Origin: an uncultured Candidatus Saccharibacteria bacterium
GTDB lineage: Bacteria; Patescibacteriota; Minisyncoccia; Phycocordibacterales; Phycocordibacteraceae
Length of the DNA stretch: 64,000 bases
Assembly: GCA_964434255.1 (NCBI GenBank)
Contig: CAYSUL010000001.1
Location: 27,720 to 91,719, forward strand
Direction of reading: 5' to 3'
Part shown: positions 28,669 through 39,746 of the stretch, in pieces
How the letters are laid out: each line of letters opens with the position of its first letter
How positions within the stretch are numbered: the stretch's first letter is position 1
Notes under the pieces: model-generated
Told to the model about the DNA's origin: nothing
Seen by the model: the letters and a program-made list of their open reading frames with translations, nothing else
Database searches by the model: none
Program-made: the position numbers and the translations under genes

Positions 28669-28726
28669 TAATGATCTCCCCTCTAAAGCCAGCCAGCACT
28701 ATCGCACGCTAAATCATTAAAGTCAA

Positions 28727-29623
28727 TTACTCCGCTCGTGTCGTTCCGAGGAGCTTCTTGATGCGATCCTCGATAGGTGGGTGGGTCGCGAAGAGCTTGT
28801 TCGTGAAGCTTGAAGCTCGGGCTCCGAACGGGTTCCCTATGAACAGGTGCGCAGTCGCGTGGTTCGCGCTCTTCATCGGAGCCGCATAGCTACCAATCTT
28901 CCCGAGCGCGGAAGCGAGACCCTCCGGATAGCGGGTGAGGAGCGCGCCCGAGGAGTCCGCGAGGTATTCACGACGGCGGGAAATAGCGAGCTGTATGAGC
29001 TGGGCCGCGATAGGAGCAAGAATGATGCCCACGATAGCGAGTACGGCGAGGAGCGCGCCACCCTTACCGCTGTCACGGTCGCCTCCTCCGAACATGCTCA
29101 TGCGAAGGAAGATGTCGGCGATGATGGCAAGGAATCCGGCGAGTACGACCGCCACCGTCATCACGAGCATGTCCTTGTTCTTCACGTGCGAGAGTTCGTG
29201 CGCGATGACGCCCTCGAGCTCAGTGCGGTCGAGCACGGCGAGGAGACCCGTGGTCGCGACGACAACCGCGTGCTTCTCGTCGCGTCCGGTCGCGAACGCG
29301 TTCGGTGCTGCATCATCTATCACATACAGCTTCGGCATGGGGAGCCCTGCCGTTATGGCGAGATTCTCCGTGACCGTATAGAGGTCGAAGTATTCCGCGC
29401 GCGTCGCGGGCTTCGCGCTCGTCATCGAGAGCACGAGCTTGTCCGAGAACCAGTAGCTCCCCACGTTCATGAGAACGGAGAAGATGACGGCGCCGTAGAG
29501 GATGGCCGGCGAGCCGTAGTACCAGGAGATGGCCCAACCCACCGCTATGACGAGCAGGAAGAAGCCGAGCATGAGTGCCCAGGTCTTGAAGACGTTGCGT
29601 GAGCGTTCTTGGTAGAGATTCAT
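28727..29623 (-). CDS. htpX: zinc metalloprotease HtpX (M48)
   Basis: HELSH zinc motif. N-terminal TM helices. Confidence 0.9.
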   Translation of the reverse strand: MNLYQERSRNVFKTWALMLGFFLLVIAVGWAISWYYGSPAILYGAVIFSVLMNVGSYWFSDKLVLSMTSAKPATRAEYFDLYTVTENLAITAGLPMPKLYVIDDAAPNAFATGRDEKHAVVVATTGLLAVLDRTELEGVIAHELSHVKNKDMLVMTVAVVLAGFLAIIADIFLRMSMFGGGDRDSGKGGALLAVLAIVGIILAPIAAQLIQLAISRRREYLADSSGALLTRYPEGLASALGKIGSYAAPMKSANHATAHLFIGNPFGARASSFTNKLFATHPPIEDRIKKLLGTTRAE

Positions 29624-29660
29624 GGAATGCAGTGACGCGGTGCGAACGCGCGTCTTACGA

Positions 29661-30221
29661 TTAGAAGGAAACCTTCACTGGCTCGCGAGCGGCTGACTCG
29701 CTGTCCGCGAGCTCGAAGAGCTCCATCTGCTTGAAGCCGAAGCTACCTGCGATGACGTTGCCGGGGAATTGCTCGATGGCAGTGTTGAGCGTCTGGACGT
29801 TCGTGTTGTAGAAGCGACGGGAGGCCATGACCTTGTTCTCGGTGTCGGAGAGCTCGCGCTGGAGCTCAAGGAAGTTGGTGTTCGCCTTGAGGTCAGGATA
29901 CGCCTCGGACACTGCGAAGAGGGACTTGAGCGCTCCGGTGAGCATGTTCTCCGCCTGTGCGTGCTCGCCTACCGTCTGCGCGCCCATGGCTGCAGTGCGC
30001 GCTTCCGTAACTTTCGCGAGCGTCTGGCTCTCGTGCGCTGCGTATCCCTTCACCGTCTCGATGAGGTTCGGGATGAGGTCATAGCGGCGCTTCATCTGGA
30101 CCTCGATATCCGACCACGCTTCCTTAGCGCGATTGCGGAGCGATACGAACCCGTTGAACGCGACGATTGCCCAGAGCACGATGAGGGCGAGGATGCCCAG
30201 AACGATATAAAGTATGGTCAT
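29661..30221 (-). CDS. lemA: LemA family protein
   Basis: N-terminal TM then LemA domain. Paired with htpX. Start at internal ATG MTILYIV. Confidence 0.85.
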   Translation of the reverse strand: MTILYIVLGILALIVLWAIVAFNGFVSLRNRAKEAWSDIEVQMKRRYDLIPNLIETVKGYAAHESQTLAKVTEARTAAMGAQTVGEHAQAENMLTGALKSLFAVSEAYPDLKANTNFLELQRELSDTENKVMASRRFYNTNVQTLNTAIEQFPGNVIAGSFGFKQMELFELADSESAAREPVKVSF

Positions 30222-30320
30222 ATACCTATAGTATAGCGGATTGCAGAAAGCGCTCAATAGTTGCCTAAAGATGAGCTCGGCGCTATTGTCCGGGCAGGTA
30301 GCAGGAAGAGGAAACGCGAG

Positions 30321-30488
30321 ATGAACGAAGAGAAAGCAGCGGCCATGGTCCTCGGCGCAGGCGCGGCCCTTATATGCCTCGCAGCCAGTGCGCTATACGA
30401 AGGAGGGAAGGCACTCGCACGCGCCTTCCACCTTGCGACGAAGGCTTCGTCCGAGGAACTTAAGCGGGCAAGCACTAAATCTTCATAG
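30321..30488 (+). CDS. hypothetical 55-aa protein
   Basis: Internal ATG with GAGGAAA upstream. Followed by a perfect hairpin terminator. Confidence 0.3.
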   Translation: MNEEKAAAMVLGAGAALICLAASALYEGGKALARAFHLATKASSEELKRASTKSS

Positions 30489-30492
30489 CGCC

Positions 30493-30516
30493 GTCGCGGA
30501 CCCCGGGGTCCGCGAC
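30493..30516 (+). terminator. palindrome gtcgcggacccc/ggggtccgcgac then TTTT
   Basis: 24-nt perfect palindrome. Confidence 0.6.
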
Positions 30517-30621
30517 GAATCGTTTTATCCACTTCTAGATCATCATGCCCCGGCTCGCTCTGTGGAGCATCCCTACTAGGCAGCGCGTTCCCTTCGTTCC
30601 CGCTGAATAGGGAACTGAACG

Positions 30622-30654
30622 AAAGTGCCGCGGTCCCATGACGGATCGCGGCAC
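30622..30654 (-). terminator. groEL terminator gtgccgcg...cgcggcac
   Basis: 8-bp GC stem with T-rich flank on the minus strand, 20 nt past the groEL stop. Confidence 0.55.
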
Positions 30655-30673
30655 TCGTCTTTCGTTATTCTGA

Positions 30674-32326
<1,653 letters not shown>

Positions 32327-32347
32327 TTAGTAGGGAAGTCGACTCTG

Positions 32348-32650
32348 TTAAATGATCGCGAGGATGCTGGATTCGGAGAGGATGTAGTACTCCGTGCCGT
32401 CTATCTTCACTTCGTCGAAGCCGTATTTGGAGAAGAGGACGGTATCACCGATCTTAACGGTCATGGGGAGGAGGTCGCCGTCTTCATATTTGCCTCCGCC
32501 GACTGCAACGACTACCCCACGCTCCGGCTTTTCTCGGCTGGCCGAGTCCGGGATGATGATGCCTGATGCGGAGACTTCTTCACGAGAGGCGGGTTTGACG
32601 ACCACGCGGTCGTGAAGCGGTTGGATGGAAAGTTTTTCTGCTTTTACCAT
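32348..32650 (-). CDS. groS: co-chaperonin GroES
   Basis: 100 aa immediately upstream of groEL. Confidence 0.95.
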   Translation of the reverse strand: MVKAEKLSIQPLHDRVVVKPASREEVSASGIIIPDSASREKPERGVVVAVGGGKYEDGDLLPMTVKIGDTVLFSKYGFDEVKIDGTEYYILSESSILAII

Positions 32651-32701
32651 AAAGAAAAGGTATCGCTTAGGCGGTTAGTAACGAGTGAACATGAATTCCC
32701 T

Positions 32702-32727
32702 TTTTAACGCGCAAAACGGCGTTAAAA
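32702..32727. promoter_or_regulatory. perfect 9-8-9 inverted repeat TTTTAACGC-N8-GCGTTAAAA in the groES 5' leader (non-CIRCE operator candidate)
   Basis: Lies between the predicted groES promoter and the start codon, where CIRCE normally sits. No TTAGCACTC-N9-GAGTGCTAA is present. Confidence 0.5.
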
Positions 32728-32738
32728 GTTATCCACAG

Positions 32739-32766
32739 TGTATATGAATTCATTGTGCACCGTCAA
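32739..32766 (-). promoter_or_regulatory. groES promoter TTGACG-N16-TATACA (minus strand)
   Basis: -35 at 32761-32766, -10 at 32739-32744 on the minus strand. Confidence 0.5.
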
Positions 32767-32913
32767 ACATAAAGAAAAGCTGGATTTTTACCCGCACGAA
32801 CTAACTCAACGGCTATTTGACAACAACTTATGATAGATGTGCAATATCAGTCCCGGGAGAGGTGGATTCTTTTTTGCATTTTCTAGATACGGATGCTAAC
32901 GTAGGGCCTACAG

Positions 32914-33144
32914 ATGGAGACTCTAACGGCAGCACTGCCCTACGTACAGATAGCCCTCTCCGTGCTCCTCATTCTCGGCATCGTGCTGCAGAATCGTGGC
33001 GCTTCCCTTGGGGGGGCTTTCGGAGGCGATAATTTCTCATCGACCTTCTACAAGCGTCGTGGCGCGGAGAAATTCCTTTTCAACGCGACTATCGTCATCG
33101 CTATCCTTTTCGTAGCTGCAGCCGTCGCTGGTTTCCTCATTTAA
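32914..33144 (+). CDS. secG: preprotein translocase subunit SecG
   Basis: 76 aa. Two TM helices flank the Gly-rich loop GASLGGAFGG. Confidence 0.75.
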   Translation: METLTAALPYVQIALSVLLILGIVLQNRGASLGGAFGGDNFSSTFYKRRGAEKFLFNATIVIAILFVAAAVAGFLI

Positions 33145-33154
33145 GGACACCCTT

Positions 33155-34876
33155 ATGGAGCGGTTCTCTCGCTTCCCTACTACCTTCCCATCGTTCCAGA
33201 AGCCGGCGGCAATGTCCCGGTTCTTTTCGCATATCCGTAAGCTCCCACCGGGCGACAAGCTGGTAGCGAGCATCCTCGCGCTTGCGGTGGTCATAAGCTG
33301 CCTCGCAGGCATACGTGAGCTCCAGAAAACATTCCTCGTCGAGCAGCCAGCTCACGGCGGAACCCTCATCGAAGGGATGGTGGGTGCTCCACGCTTCGTG
33401 AATCCCCTTCTCGCGCTCACCGACGCCGACCGCGATCTCACCATGCTCACCTACGCGGGGCTCATGGGCATATCCGCTACCGGCGAGCTCACTCCAGTTC
33501 TAGCCGAGAGCTACACCATATCGGAGGACGGCAAGACGTATACGTTCATCATCCGCCAGCACGCGAAATTCTCGGACAATACGCCCGTGACCGCCGAAGA
33601 CGTCGTATTCACCGTCGAGAAAGCCCAGGACCCTACGCTCAAGTCCCCTGAGTACGCGAACTGGGCGAACATACGCGCCGAGGTAGTGGACTCGCGCACG
33701 GTGCGCTTCACGCTCCCGCAGGCGTACGCGCCGTTCATCGAGGACACCACGCTCGGCATACTCCCTTCCAGGCTCTGGAGGAATGTGCCCAACGACCAGT
33801 TCCCCTTCTCCCCTCTTATGGAGCGCCCGGTAGCGGCGGGCCCGTTCCGCGTCACGAACGTGCTGCGTGATGGGAACGGCGTCATCAAGGAATACGACCT
33901 CGTCGCCTTCAAGGGATACGCGACGGGACGTCCATATCTCGACGGTATCCACTTCAAGTTCTTTAGCTCCCCTTCCGATCTTTCGTCTGCGGTTCGCCGC
34001 GGCGCAATTGAAAGCGCGTACGGGGTCGCGAAGGACGGTGCGCTGCGCGCGCCCTACGCACGCGTGTTCGGGGTGTTCTATAACCCGGACAAACAGCCCA
34101 TCTTCGAGAACAAGGAGGTGCGCGAGGCGCTCTCGGTCGCCATCAATCGCGACAACATCGTGAATACGCTGCTTGGCGGGTACGCGACGCCGCTCACGGG
34201 ACCACTTCCTCCTGAAGGCGCTGATACGTTCGAACCCTCAGTGCTTCCTGACCCCGCTACCCGCATAGAGGCTGCGCGCCTCATTCTGGACGAAGGTGGC
34301 TGGGACTACGAGGAGGGTGTGGGATGGACGAAGGGAGAGACCGCGATGCCTACCATCACGCTCCGTACCTCGAGCGTCGCCGAGCTGAAGCTCATCGCTT
34401 CTTCGGTGCAGGCGGATTGGGAGCTGCTCGGAATACCGGTCGCGCTTGAGCTCTATGAGCCGGGCAGCCTCACCCAGGAAGTCATACGGCCACGCGAATA
34501 TGACGCCCTTCTCTTCGGTGAAGTGGTGGGACGCGACCGCGACCTCTTCGCGTTCTGGCACTCAAGCCAGCGCCGGGACCCGGGGCTCAATGTCGCACTC
34601 TATGCGAACGAGACCGTGGATGCGCTTCTCACGAAGGCACGCATGCAGAGCGATACGGAAGCTGCGCATGCCGATATCGTGCGTGCGGCTGGGCTTATCG
34701 CAGCTGACTATCCAGCCGCCTTTACGCATGCGCCCGACTTCCTGTATGCTGTACCTAAGGACCTTAAGGGCATCGTGCTTCCGCAAATAACGTCGCCCTC
34801 TGACCGTTTCGCAACGGTCGCGAGCTGGCATCGGTATACTGAATTCGTGTGGCCAATCTTAGTGAGTAGCAAGTAG
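33155..34876 (+). CDS. ABC transporter substrate-binding protein, family 5 (peptide/nickel type)
   Basis: 573 aa. N-terminal TM/signal. SBP_bac_5-like pattern. Confidence 0.8.
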   Translation: MERFSRFPTTFPSFQKPAAMSRFFSHIRKLPPGDKLVASILALAVVISCLAGIRELQKTFLVEQPAHGGTLIEGMVGAPRFVNPLLALTDADRDLTMLTYAGLMGISATGELTPVLAESYTISEDGKTYTFIIRQHAKFSDNTPVTAEDVVFTVEKAQDPTLKSPEYANWANIRAEVVDSRTVRFTLPQAYAPFIEDTTLGILPSRLWRNVPNDQFPFSPLMERPVAAGPFRVTNVLRDGNGVIKEYDLVAFKGYATGRPYLDGIHFKFFSSPSDLSSAVRRGAIESAYGVAKDGALRAPYARVFGVFYNPDKQPIFENKEVREALSVAINRDNIVNTLLGGYATPLTGPLPPEGADTFEPSVLPDPATRIEAARLILDEGGWDYEEGVGWTKGETAMPTITLRTSSVAELKLIASSVQADWELLGIPVALELYEPGSLTQEVIRPREYDALLFGEVVGRDRDLFAFWHSSQRRDPGLNVALYANETVDALLTKARMQSDTEAAHADIVRAAGLIAADYPAAFTHAPDFLYAVPKDLKGIVLPQITSPSDRFATVASWHRYTEFVWPILVSSK

Positions 34877-34961
34877 TAGGTTAAGCGACCTCTCGCTTCC
34901 CGTGCCTACTGCTCTCTACTTGGTAGGAAATTAATTATCCTGTTCTAAATCATTCATCGTT

Positions 34962-36923
34962 ATGTCTCCATCACCTGCTCCCGCTCCTGCGCCAGCTCCG
35001 GCTCCCCGGAACCCGCAAGGAAGCAACCAACCGGCGCGTCCTCCTCGTAGCGAGGGCCCGCGCGAACCACGCCGAGAGGGCGACGCACCACGCGGTCGCG
35101 GTTCTCGCGGCGGTCGTGGCGGCGCCGGTGGCGGCGAGCGCCCTGGTCGCGTATCGCGCCAGATCCGCCGCACGCTCCGTCGTCCGTCGGGTCCCTCCCA
35201 GGCGACCACTCAAGCAAAAGCCGTTCCTGACTACTTCCCTGCCAAGCCCGCAGAAGGCGTTGTGCGTATCGTCCCCTTGGGCGGCGTCGAGGAAGTCGGC
35301 CGCAACATGTTCACCGTCGAAACCAACGGCGACATATTCATATTCGATGTAGGATTCCAGTTCACGTCCGAGGACACTTCTCCAGGCGTCGACTACATTC
35401 TCCCGAACACGAGCTATCTCGAGAAGAACCAGGACCGCGTGCGCGGCGTGTTCATCACGCACGGTCACCTCGACCACATCGGCGGTATCCCGTTCCTCAT
35501 GAACCGTTTCGGCAATCCGCCTATCTACACGCAGAACCTCACTGCGGTGATGATAGCCAAGCGCCAGGAGGAGTACCCTGATATGCCGAAGCCGAATCTC
35601 GTCGTCGTCGAAGTGGGCCAGACCATGACCATCGGTTCTACCAAGGTGCAGTTCTTCCCCGTCACGCACTCCATCCCGGACTCGATGGGTATCGCTATCG
35701 AGACGCCGCACGGAAACGTCGTCGTCACCGGTGACCTCAAGCTCGACCACGAGAACGGCATCCCTACCGAGAAGGAAGTGAAGACGTGGGGCCATCTCGC
35801 CTCGCAGAAGAACCTCTTCTTCATCGCGGACTCGACCAACGCGGAGCGCGATGGGTTCTCGGTGCCTGAGCGCAAAGTGCACGAGACGCTCGAGAACATC
35901 ATCAAGACGGTCCAGGGCCGCCTCATCATCGGTACCTTCGCCTCGCAGTTCGAGCGCATGATCCGCATCATCGAGATATCGGAATCGCTCGGCAAGAAGA
36001 TAGTCACCGAGGGCCGCTCCATCAAGACGAACCTCGAGATAGCGCAGAAGACGGGCCTTCTTAACATCAAGAAGGAAACGCTCATCAGCGCGCAGGAAAT
36101 CGGTGACTACCCTCCCGACAAGGTGGTTATTCTTGCAACTGGTGCCCAGGGCGAGGAGTTCGCTGCCCTCATGCGCATAGCGACGAAGCAGCATAAGAAC
36201 ATCACCCTCACGAACAAGGACACCATCGTGCTCTCGTCCTCGGTCATTCCGGGCAACGAGATATCGGTGCAGCGCCTGAAGGACAACCTGTACCGCAATG
36301 GCGTTACGCTCATCCACTACCGCTCATCCGATGTGCACTCGACCGGGCACGGCAACACCGGCGAGCTCATCTGGATTAACCAGCAGGTGAACGCGAAGTT
36401 CTTCATGCCCGCCTACGGCTACTACTCGATGACCGCCAGCCACGCCAAGGCCATCGAGCAGGCCGGACGCCCGCGCGAGAGCATTGTCGTCGCTGACAAC
36501 GGTACCGTCATCGATATCGAGGACGGAGAGCGCCTCAACGTCCACAAGCAGAAAGTGCCATCCGCACCGCTCGTGGTCGACGGCTTCTCCATCGGGGATA
36601 TGCAGGAAGTGGTCATCCGTGACCGCCAGATGCTCGCGAAGGACGGTATGTTCGTGATCATCGCGACGGTGAACCTCAAGACCGGAAAGCTTCGTAAGTC
36701 CCCGGATATCATTTCCCGTGGCTTCGTGTACCTGCGCGAGAGCCAGGACATGCTCAACCAGGCACGACTTCTCATCAAGAAGACGGTTGAGGACTCGACG
36801 CAGGGCATGAACCCAGTCGACCTCGACTACGTGAAGAATGCACTCTCCGACACCATGGCGGGCTATCTCTTCGCGAGGACGAATAAGGCACCGATGGTCA
36901 TTCCGGTGTTGATCGGGGTCTAG
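34962..36923 (+). CDS. rnj: ribonuclease J with ~100-aa Pro/Ala- and Arg/Gly-rich N-terminal extension
   Basis: Metallo-beta-lactamase HGHLDHIGG, beta-CASP and C-terminal domain. Confidence 0.9.
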   Translation: MSPSPAPAPAPAPAPRNPQGSNQPARPPRSEGPREPRREGDAPRGRGSRGGRGGAGGGERPGRVSRQIRRTLRRPSGPSQATTQAKAVPDYFPAKPAEGVVRIVPLGGVEEVGRNMFTVETNGDIFIFDVGFQFTSEDTSPGVDYILPNTSYLEKNQDRVRGVFITHGHLDHIGGIPFLMNRFGNPPIYTQNLTAVMIAKRQEEYPDMPKPNLVVVEVGQTMTIGSTKVQFFPVTHSIPDSMGIAIETPHGNVVVTGDLKLDHENGIPTEKEVKTWGHLASQKNLFFIADSTNAERDGFSVPERKVHETLENIIKTVQGRLIIGTFASQFERMIRIIEISESLGKKIVTEGRSIKTNLEIAQKTGLLNIKKETLISAQEIGDYPPDKVVILATGAQGEEFAALMRIATKQHKNITLTNKDTIVLSSSVIPGNEISVQRLKDNLYRNGVTLIHYRSSDVHSTGHGNTGELIWINQQVNAKFFMPAYGYYSMTASHAKAIEQAGRPRESIVVADNGTVIDIEDGERLNVHKQKVPSAPLVVDGFSIGDMQEVVIRDRQMLAKDGMFVIIATVNLKTGKLRKSPDIISRGFVYLRESQDMLNQARLLIKKTVEDSTQGMNPVDLDYVKNALSDTMAGYLFARTNKAPMVIPVLIGV

Positions 36924-36946
36924 ATCAGTCCATCGTTTCGATCGAA

Positions 36947-36978
36947 GCAAACCGCCGCGCTTTCGCGCGGCGGTTTGC
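36947..36978 (+). terminator. terminator gcaaaccgccgcgc-tttc-gcgcggcggtttgc-TTTC
   Basis: Perfect 14-bp stem after the rnj stop. Confidence 0.8.
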
Positions 36979-37000
36979 TTTCATCTATTGTTCAGTGCGA

Positions 37001-38221
37001 ATGATACAATTTCTGCACATGCAACCGCGGCAAGTACTGTGGCTCGGCAATTTCTTCTCGGCCGCGCACTTCTTCCTCATCATCTACATAGTCGGGCCGT
37101 ATCTCGAAACGCTCATTGGCGTCGCGGGAGCTGGGCTCGTCATAACGATGGGAGCGGTCATTACACTCCTCATCTTCCCGATCATGCCGCGACTGGTCGC
37201 GAAGCGCGGTGCGAAACGCATCGCTATCGCCCTCGCCTTCTTCCAGGCGGTCGTGCTCACCATACTCGCAGGAAGTCCTTCGGCAGGGATCGCGATAGCG
37301 TGCGTCGCGCTCGCCTGCGCGACCTCTCCCCTTCTCGCGTATCAGCTCGACCTCCTGCTCGAAGCGACCGTAAAGGAAGAGGGTTCGACCGGACGCGTGC
37401 GCACTGCATTCATGACGGTCGGTAGCCTCGCGCTCGTGCTTGCGCCGCTTATGGTGGGCCTTCTCCTTGATGGGACGAACCGGTACGACCTCGTATTCTT
37501 CGCAGCGGCCGTTTCCCTCACCCCGTTCATCATGCTCTTCCTGGTGGAGCGCATACCGGAGGGCCTGCCGCCTCACGGGAGCAAGATAGCAGCGGTATTC
37601 ACCTGTATGTGGGGGGATAGGGATTTCCGGGCCGTCGCCTTCTCGTACGGCCTCTTGCAGGTATTCTTCCATCTCGCCCCGCTCTATATCCCCATCTACC
37701 TCCACACCGTGCTTGGCATGCCGTGGGACCAGCTCGGCTGGATGTTCGCCATCATGGTGCTCCCGTTCGTGTTCCTCGAGTACCCTGCGGGATATCTCGC
37801 TGACCGGTACTTCGGCGATCGGCTCCTTCTGGTCGCGGGATTCATCATCATGGGCCTGGCATTCGCAGCGTTCACCTTCGTTGACGCCGCGACGCCGCTC
37901 GTCGTCATCCTCGCTATCTTGGTGCTCACCCGCATTGGTGCGGCGCTCGCCGAAGCGATGGTGGAGGGGCACTTCTTCAGGCGTGTGTCGGAGCGCGACC
38001 CCAATACGGTGAGCGTGTTCCGCATGATGCGTCCGGGGGGCGCGCTCGTCGCGCCCTTGCTTGGGAGCATCTTCCTCATCCTCGGTGGCTACAGCATGCT
38101 CTTCTTCGTGCTCGGTCTTGCCATTGCGTTCGCCGGCACGGTGATGGGGCTGCGCGTCCAGGACACCCGCTACCCGGGAAGGGAGAATCTCGTTCCTGTC
38201 CTTGCTACCAAACCTTCCTGA
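37001..38221 (+). CDS. MFS transporter
   Basis: ~12 TM helices. ORF track begins at GTG 36995; first ATG is 37001. Confidence 0.8.
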   Translation: MIQFLHMQPRQVLWLGNFFSAAHFFLIIYIVGPYLETLIGVAGAGLVITMGAVITLLIFPIMPRLVAKRGAKRIAIALAFFQAVVLTILAGSPSAGIAIACVALACATSPLLAYQLDLLLEATVKEEGSTGRVRTAFMTVGSLALVLAPLMVGLLLDGTNRYDLVFFAAAVSLTPFIMLFLVERIPEGLPPHGSKIAAVFTCMWGDRDFRAVAFSYGLLQVFFHLAPLYIPIYLHTVLGMPWDQLGWMFAIMVLPFVFLEYPAGYLADRYFGDRLLLVAGFIIMGLAFAAFTFVDAATPLVVILAILVLTRIGAALAEAMVEGHFFRRVSERDPNTVSVFRMMRPGGALVAPLLGSIFLILGGYSMLFFVLGLAIAFAGTVMGLRVQDTRYPGRENLVPVLATKPS

Positions 38222-38979
38222 ACGAGCTTTACGAGGGCGGATTCCATTTGCGGTCGGCGTTCTGTTCCAAGAAGTCCCGTAAGGGCTTTCTTTGTTTGGG
38301 TTCCTGACAGAAGGGCTCGGAGTACGGCGCCACGCGCTTGGCGTTCTGAACCCTCGAACTTGGATTGCCTCGTATATCCTTTCGCTCTCGAGTTGATGCG
38401 GACACCGCTACGCTTCAGGTGCGAGCCATAGTCCATGAGCGCGGCATACCATTCGCGCGCCTTCCCTTTTGGATACGCCCTTGTTAGTACCTCGAGTACT
38501 TCTTTATCTGAAACTGTCTCCTGCTCCGGAAAGAAATGGTGCGTGACGGCCGTGCGGATATTTGTTTCTATGAAAATACTGTCTGCGTTCGCGGAGAATG
38601 CCGCGACCGCACGAGCGGTGTATGGACCGACTCCCGGGAGTGTTTCGAGCGTTACGGCGTCAGTCGGCATCTTGCCCTTGTGCTCACGTACGACCACTTT
38701 CGCCGCTTCATGCAGCATCTTGGCGCGACGATTGTATCCAAGTCCTTGCCACTGGCGTAGGACGGAGGAAAGAGGCGCTTTCGCGAGTGCAGCGATCGTC
38801 GGGAATTCCTTGAGGAAGTTCTTATAGTATGGAATGACGCGCTCTACCTGCGTCTGCTGAAGCATTACTTCGGAGACGAGGATACGGTATGCATCCGTAG
38901 TCTTTCGCCATGGCAGGTCATGCCTGCCATGCGTGCGGTAGTGCTTCCAGACGAGAGCCCTAAAGGTTGATGGTGTCAT
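38170..38979 (-). CDS. HhH-GPD DNA glycosylase, MutY/EndoIII-like catalytic domain without Fe-S cysteines
   Basis: LPGVGPYTARAV helix-hairpin-helix plus a catalytic Asp region. No cysteine quartet. The 3' end overlaps the MFS gene by 52 nt. Confidence 0.7.
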   Translation of the reverse strand: MTPSTFRALVWKHYRTHGRHDLPWRKTTDAYRILVSEVMLQQTQVERVIPYYKNFLKEFPTIAALAKAPLSSVLRQWQGLGYNRRAKMLHEAAKVVVREHKGKMPTDAVTLETLPGVGPYTARAVAAFSANADSIFIETNIRTAVTHHFFPEQETVSDKEVLEVLTRAYPKGKAREWYAALMDYGSHLKRSGVRINSRAKGYTRQSKFEGSERQARGAVLRALLSGTQTKKALTGLLGTERRPQMESALVKLVQEGLVARTGTRFSLPG

Positions 38980-39214
38980 CCTCCGAAGTGTCCGTAACTG
39001 GCTTCGAAGCGACCGGAGTTATGAGTGGCTCTGAAGGCACGATGAAGATTCCGAGGATGTAGGCGATGATTCCGGGGAAAACACCGGTAAGGACGGTGAT
39101 TATCGTGTAGACAAGTCGGATAGCGTTGGCATCGACGTTCAGGTACTCGCCCGCCCCGCCGCAGAGCCCTCCGATTATCCTATCCGTTCGGCTTCTGTAG
39201 AGTTTCTTGGTCAT
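38960..39214 (-). CDS. PspC-domain protein
   Basis: RIIGGLCGGAGEYLNVDANAIRLVY then a TM helix. Confidence 0.75.
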   Translation of the reverse strand: MTKKLYRSRTDRIIGGLCGGAGEYLNVDANAIRLVYTIITVLTGVFPGIIAYILGIFIVPSEPLITPVASKPVTDTSEDDTINL

Positions 39215-39255
39215 GGGGGCATTATACGGAATTACTGAGGGAAGCGGAATCGCGG

Positions 39256-39274
39256 CCTGGGACGATGCTGGAAC
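39256..39274 (+). repeat. L-type repeat copy A (CCTGGGACGATGCTGGAAC)
   Basis: Member of a 5-copy family. Followed by a 33-nt leader almost identical to the one after copy C. Confidence 0.7.
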
Positions 39275-39322
39275 CCTTATGCAATCTATGTTAGGTTCTG
39301 TCTAGACTGAATGGAGGCGGAT

Positions 39323-39697
39323 ATGAATATCCCAATCGGTACTCGCCTGGGCGTGGCGCCCAGCCTTCTTGCCCAAATCCTTGCCGGCTTTACTGGTAAG
39401 CCCCCGCCGATTCGCACCGGCAGCGTGGTGTACCGGGAAATCGGCGAGCGGAGCAAGCTACCCCTGTACACCCTGGCGTTCGACGATGGTAGCACTGACT
39501 GCTATTTCGAATCTCAGATGATCATTCCCGAGACTTGCGTGTGCGGGACCCAAATGGATGAGGTCTGCTTCATCGACGGAACCGACAACTGTCTCGCCTG
39601 CCACGAGCTACATGTGATGGAACAGACTGGCGCAGGGGTTGTCTTTTCTCCAGCTCATAAACGTCGGGCATTCAATCTCGTCCGCCCCGAAAAGTGA
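39323..39697 (+). CDS. hypothetical zinc-ribbon protein (cargo of module A)
   Basis: GGAGG RBS 5 nt before the ATG. Cysteine pairs C-x-C...C-x2-C suggest a zinc ribbon. Confidence 0.55.
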   Translation: MNIPIGTRLGVAPSLLAQILAGFTGKPPPIRTGSVVYREIGERSKLPLYTLAFDDGSTDCYFESQMIIPETCVCGTQMDEVCFIDGTDNCLACHELHVMEQTGAGVVFSPAHKRRAFNLVRPEK

Positions 39698-39711
39698 GAC
39701 CACCCACAGAG

Positions 39712-39737
39712 CCACCCGACCCTGTCGGGTGGTTTTT
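39712..39737 (+). terminator. terminator ccacccgac-cct-gtcgggtgg-TTTTTGTTTT
   Basis: Perfect 9-bp stem plus a long T-run. Confidence 0.85.
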
Positions 39738-39746
39738 GTTTTACCA

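Noticed and set aside
28444-28671. 75-aa plus-strand ORF antisense to hypothetical 28408..28668
   Set aside because: The minus-strand frame has the host-like high GC3. The plus-strand frame has no RBS and an Ala/Arg-rich product.
32651-32913. CIRCE / HrcA operator upstream of groES
   Set aside because: No TTAGCACTC-N9-GAGTGCTAA or close variant is present. A different palindrome is reported instead.
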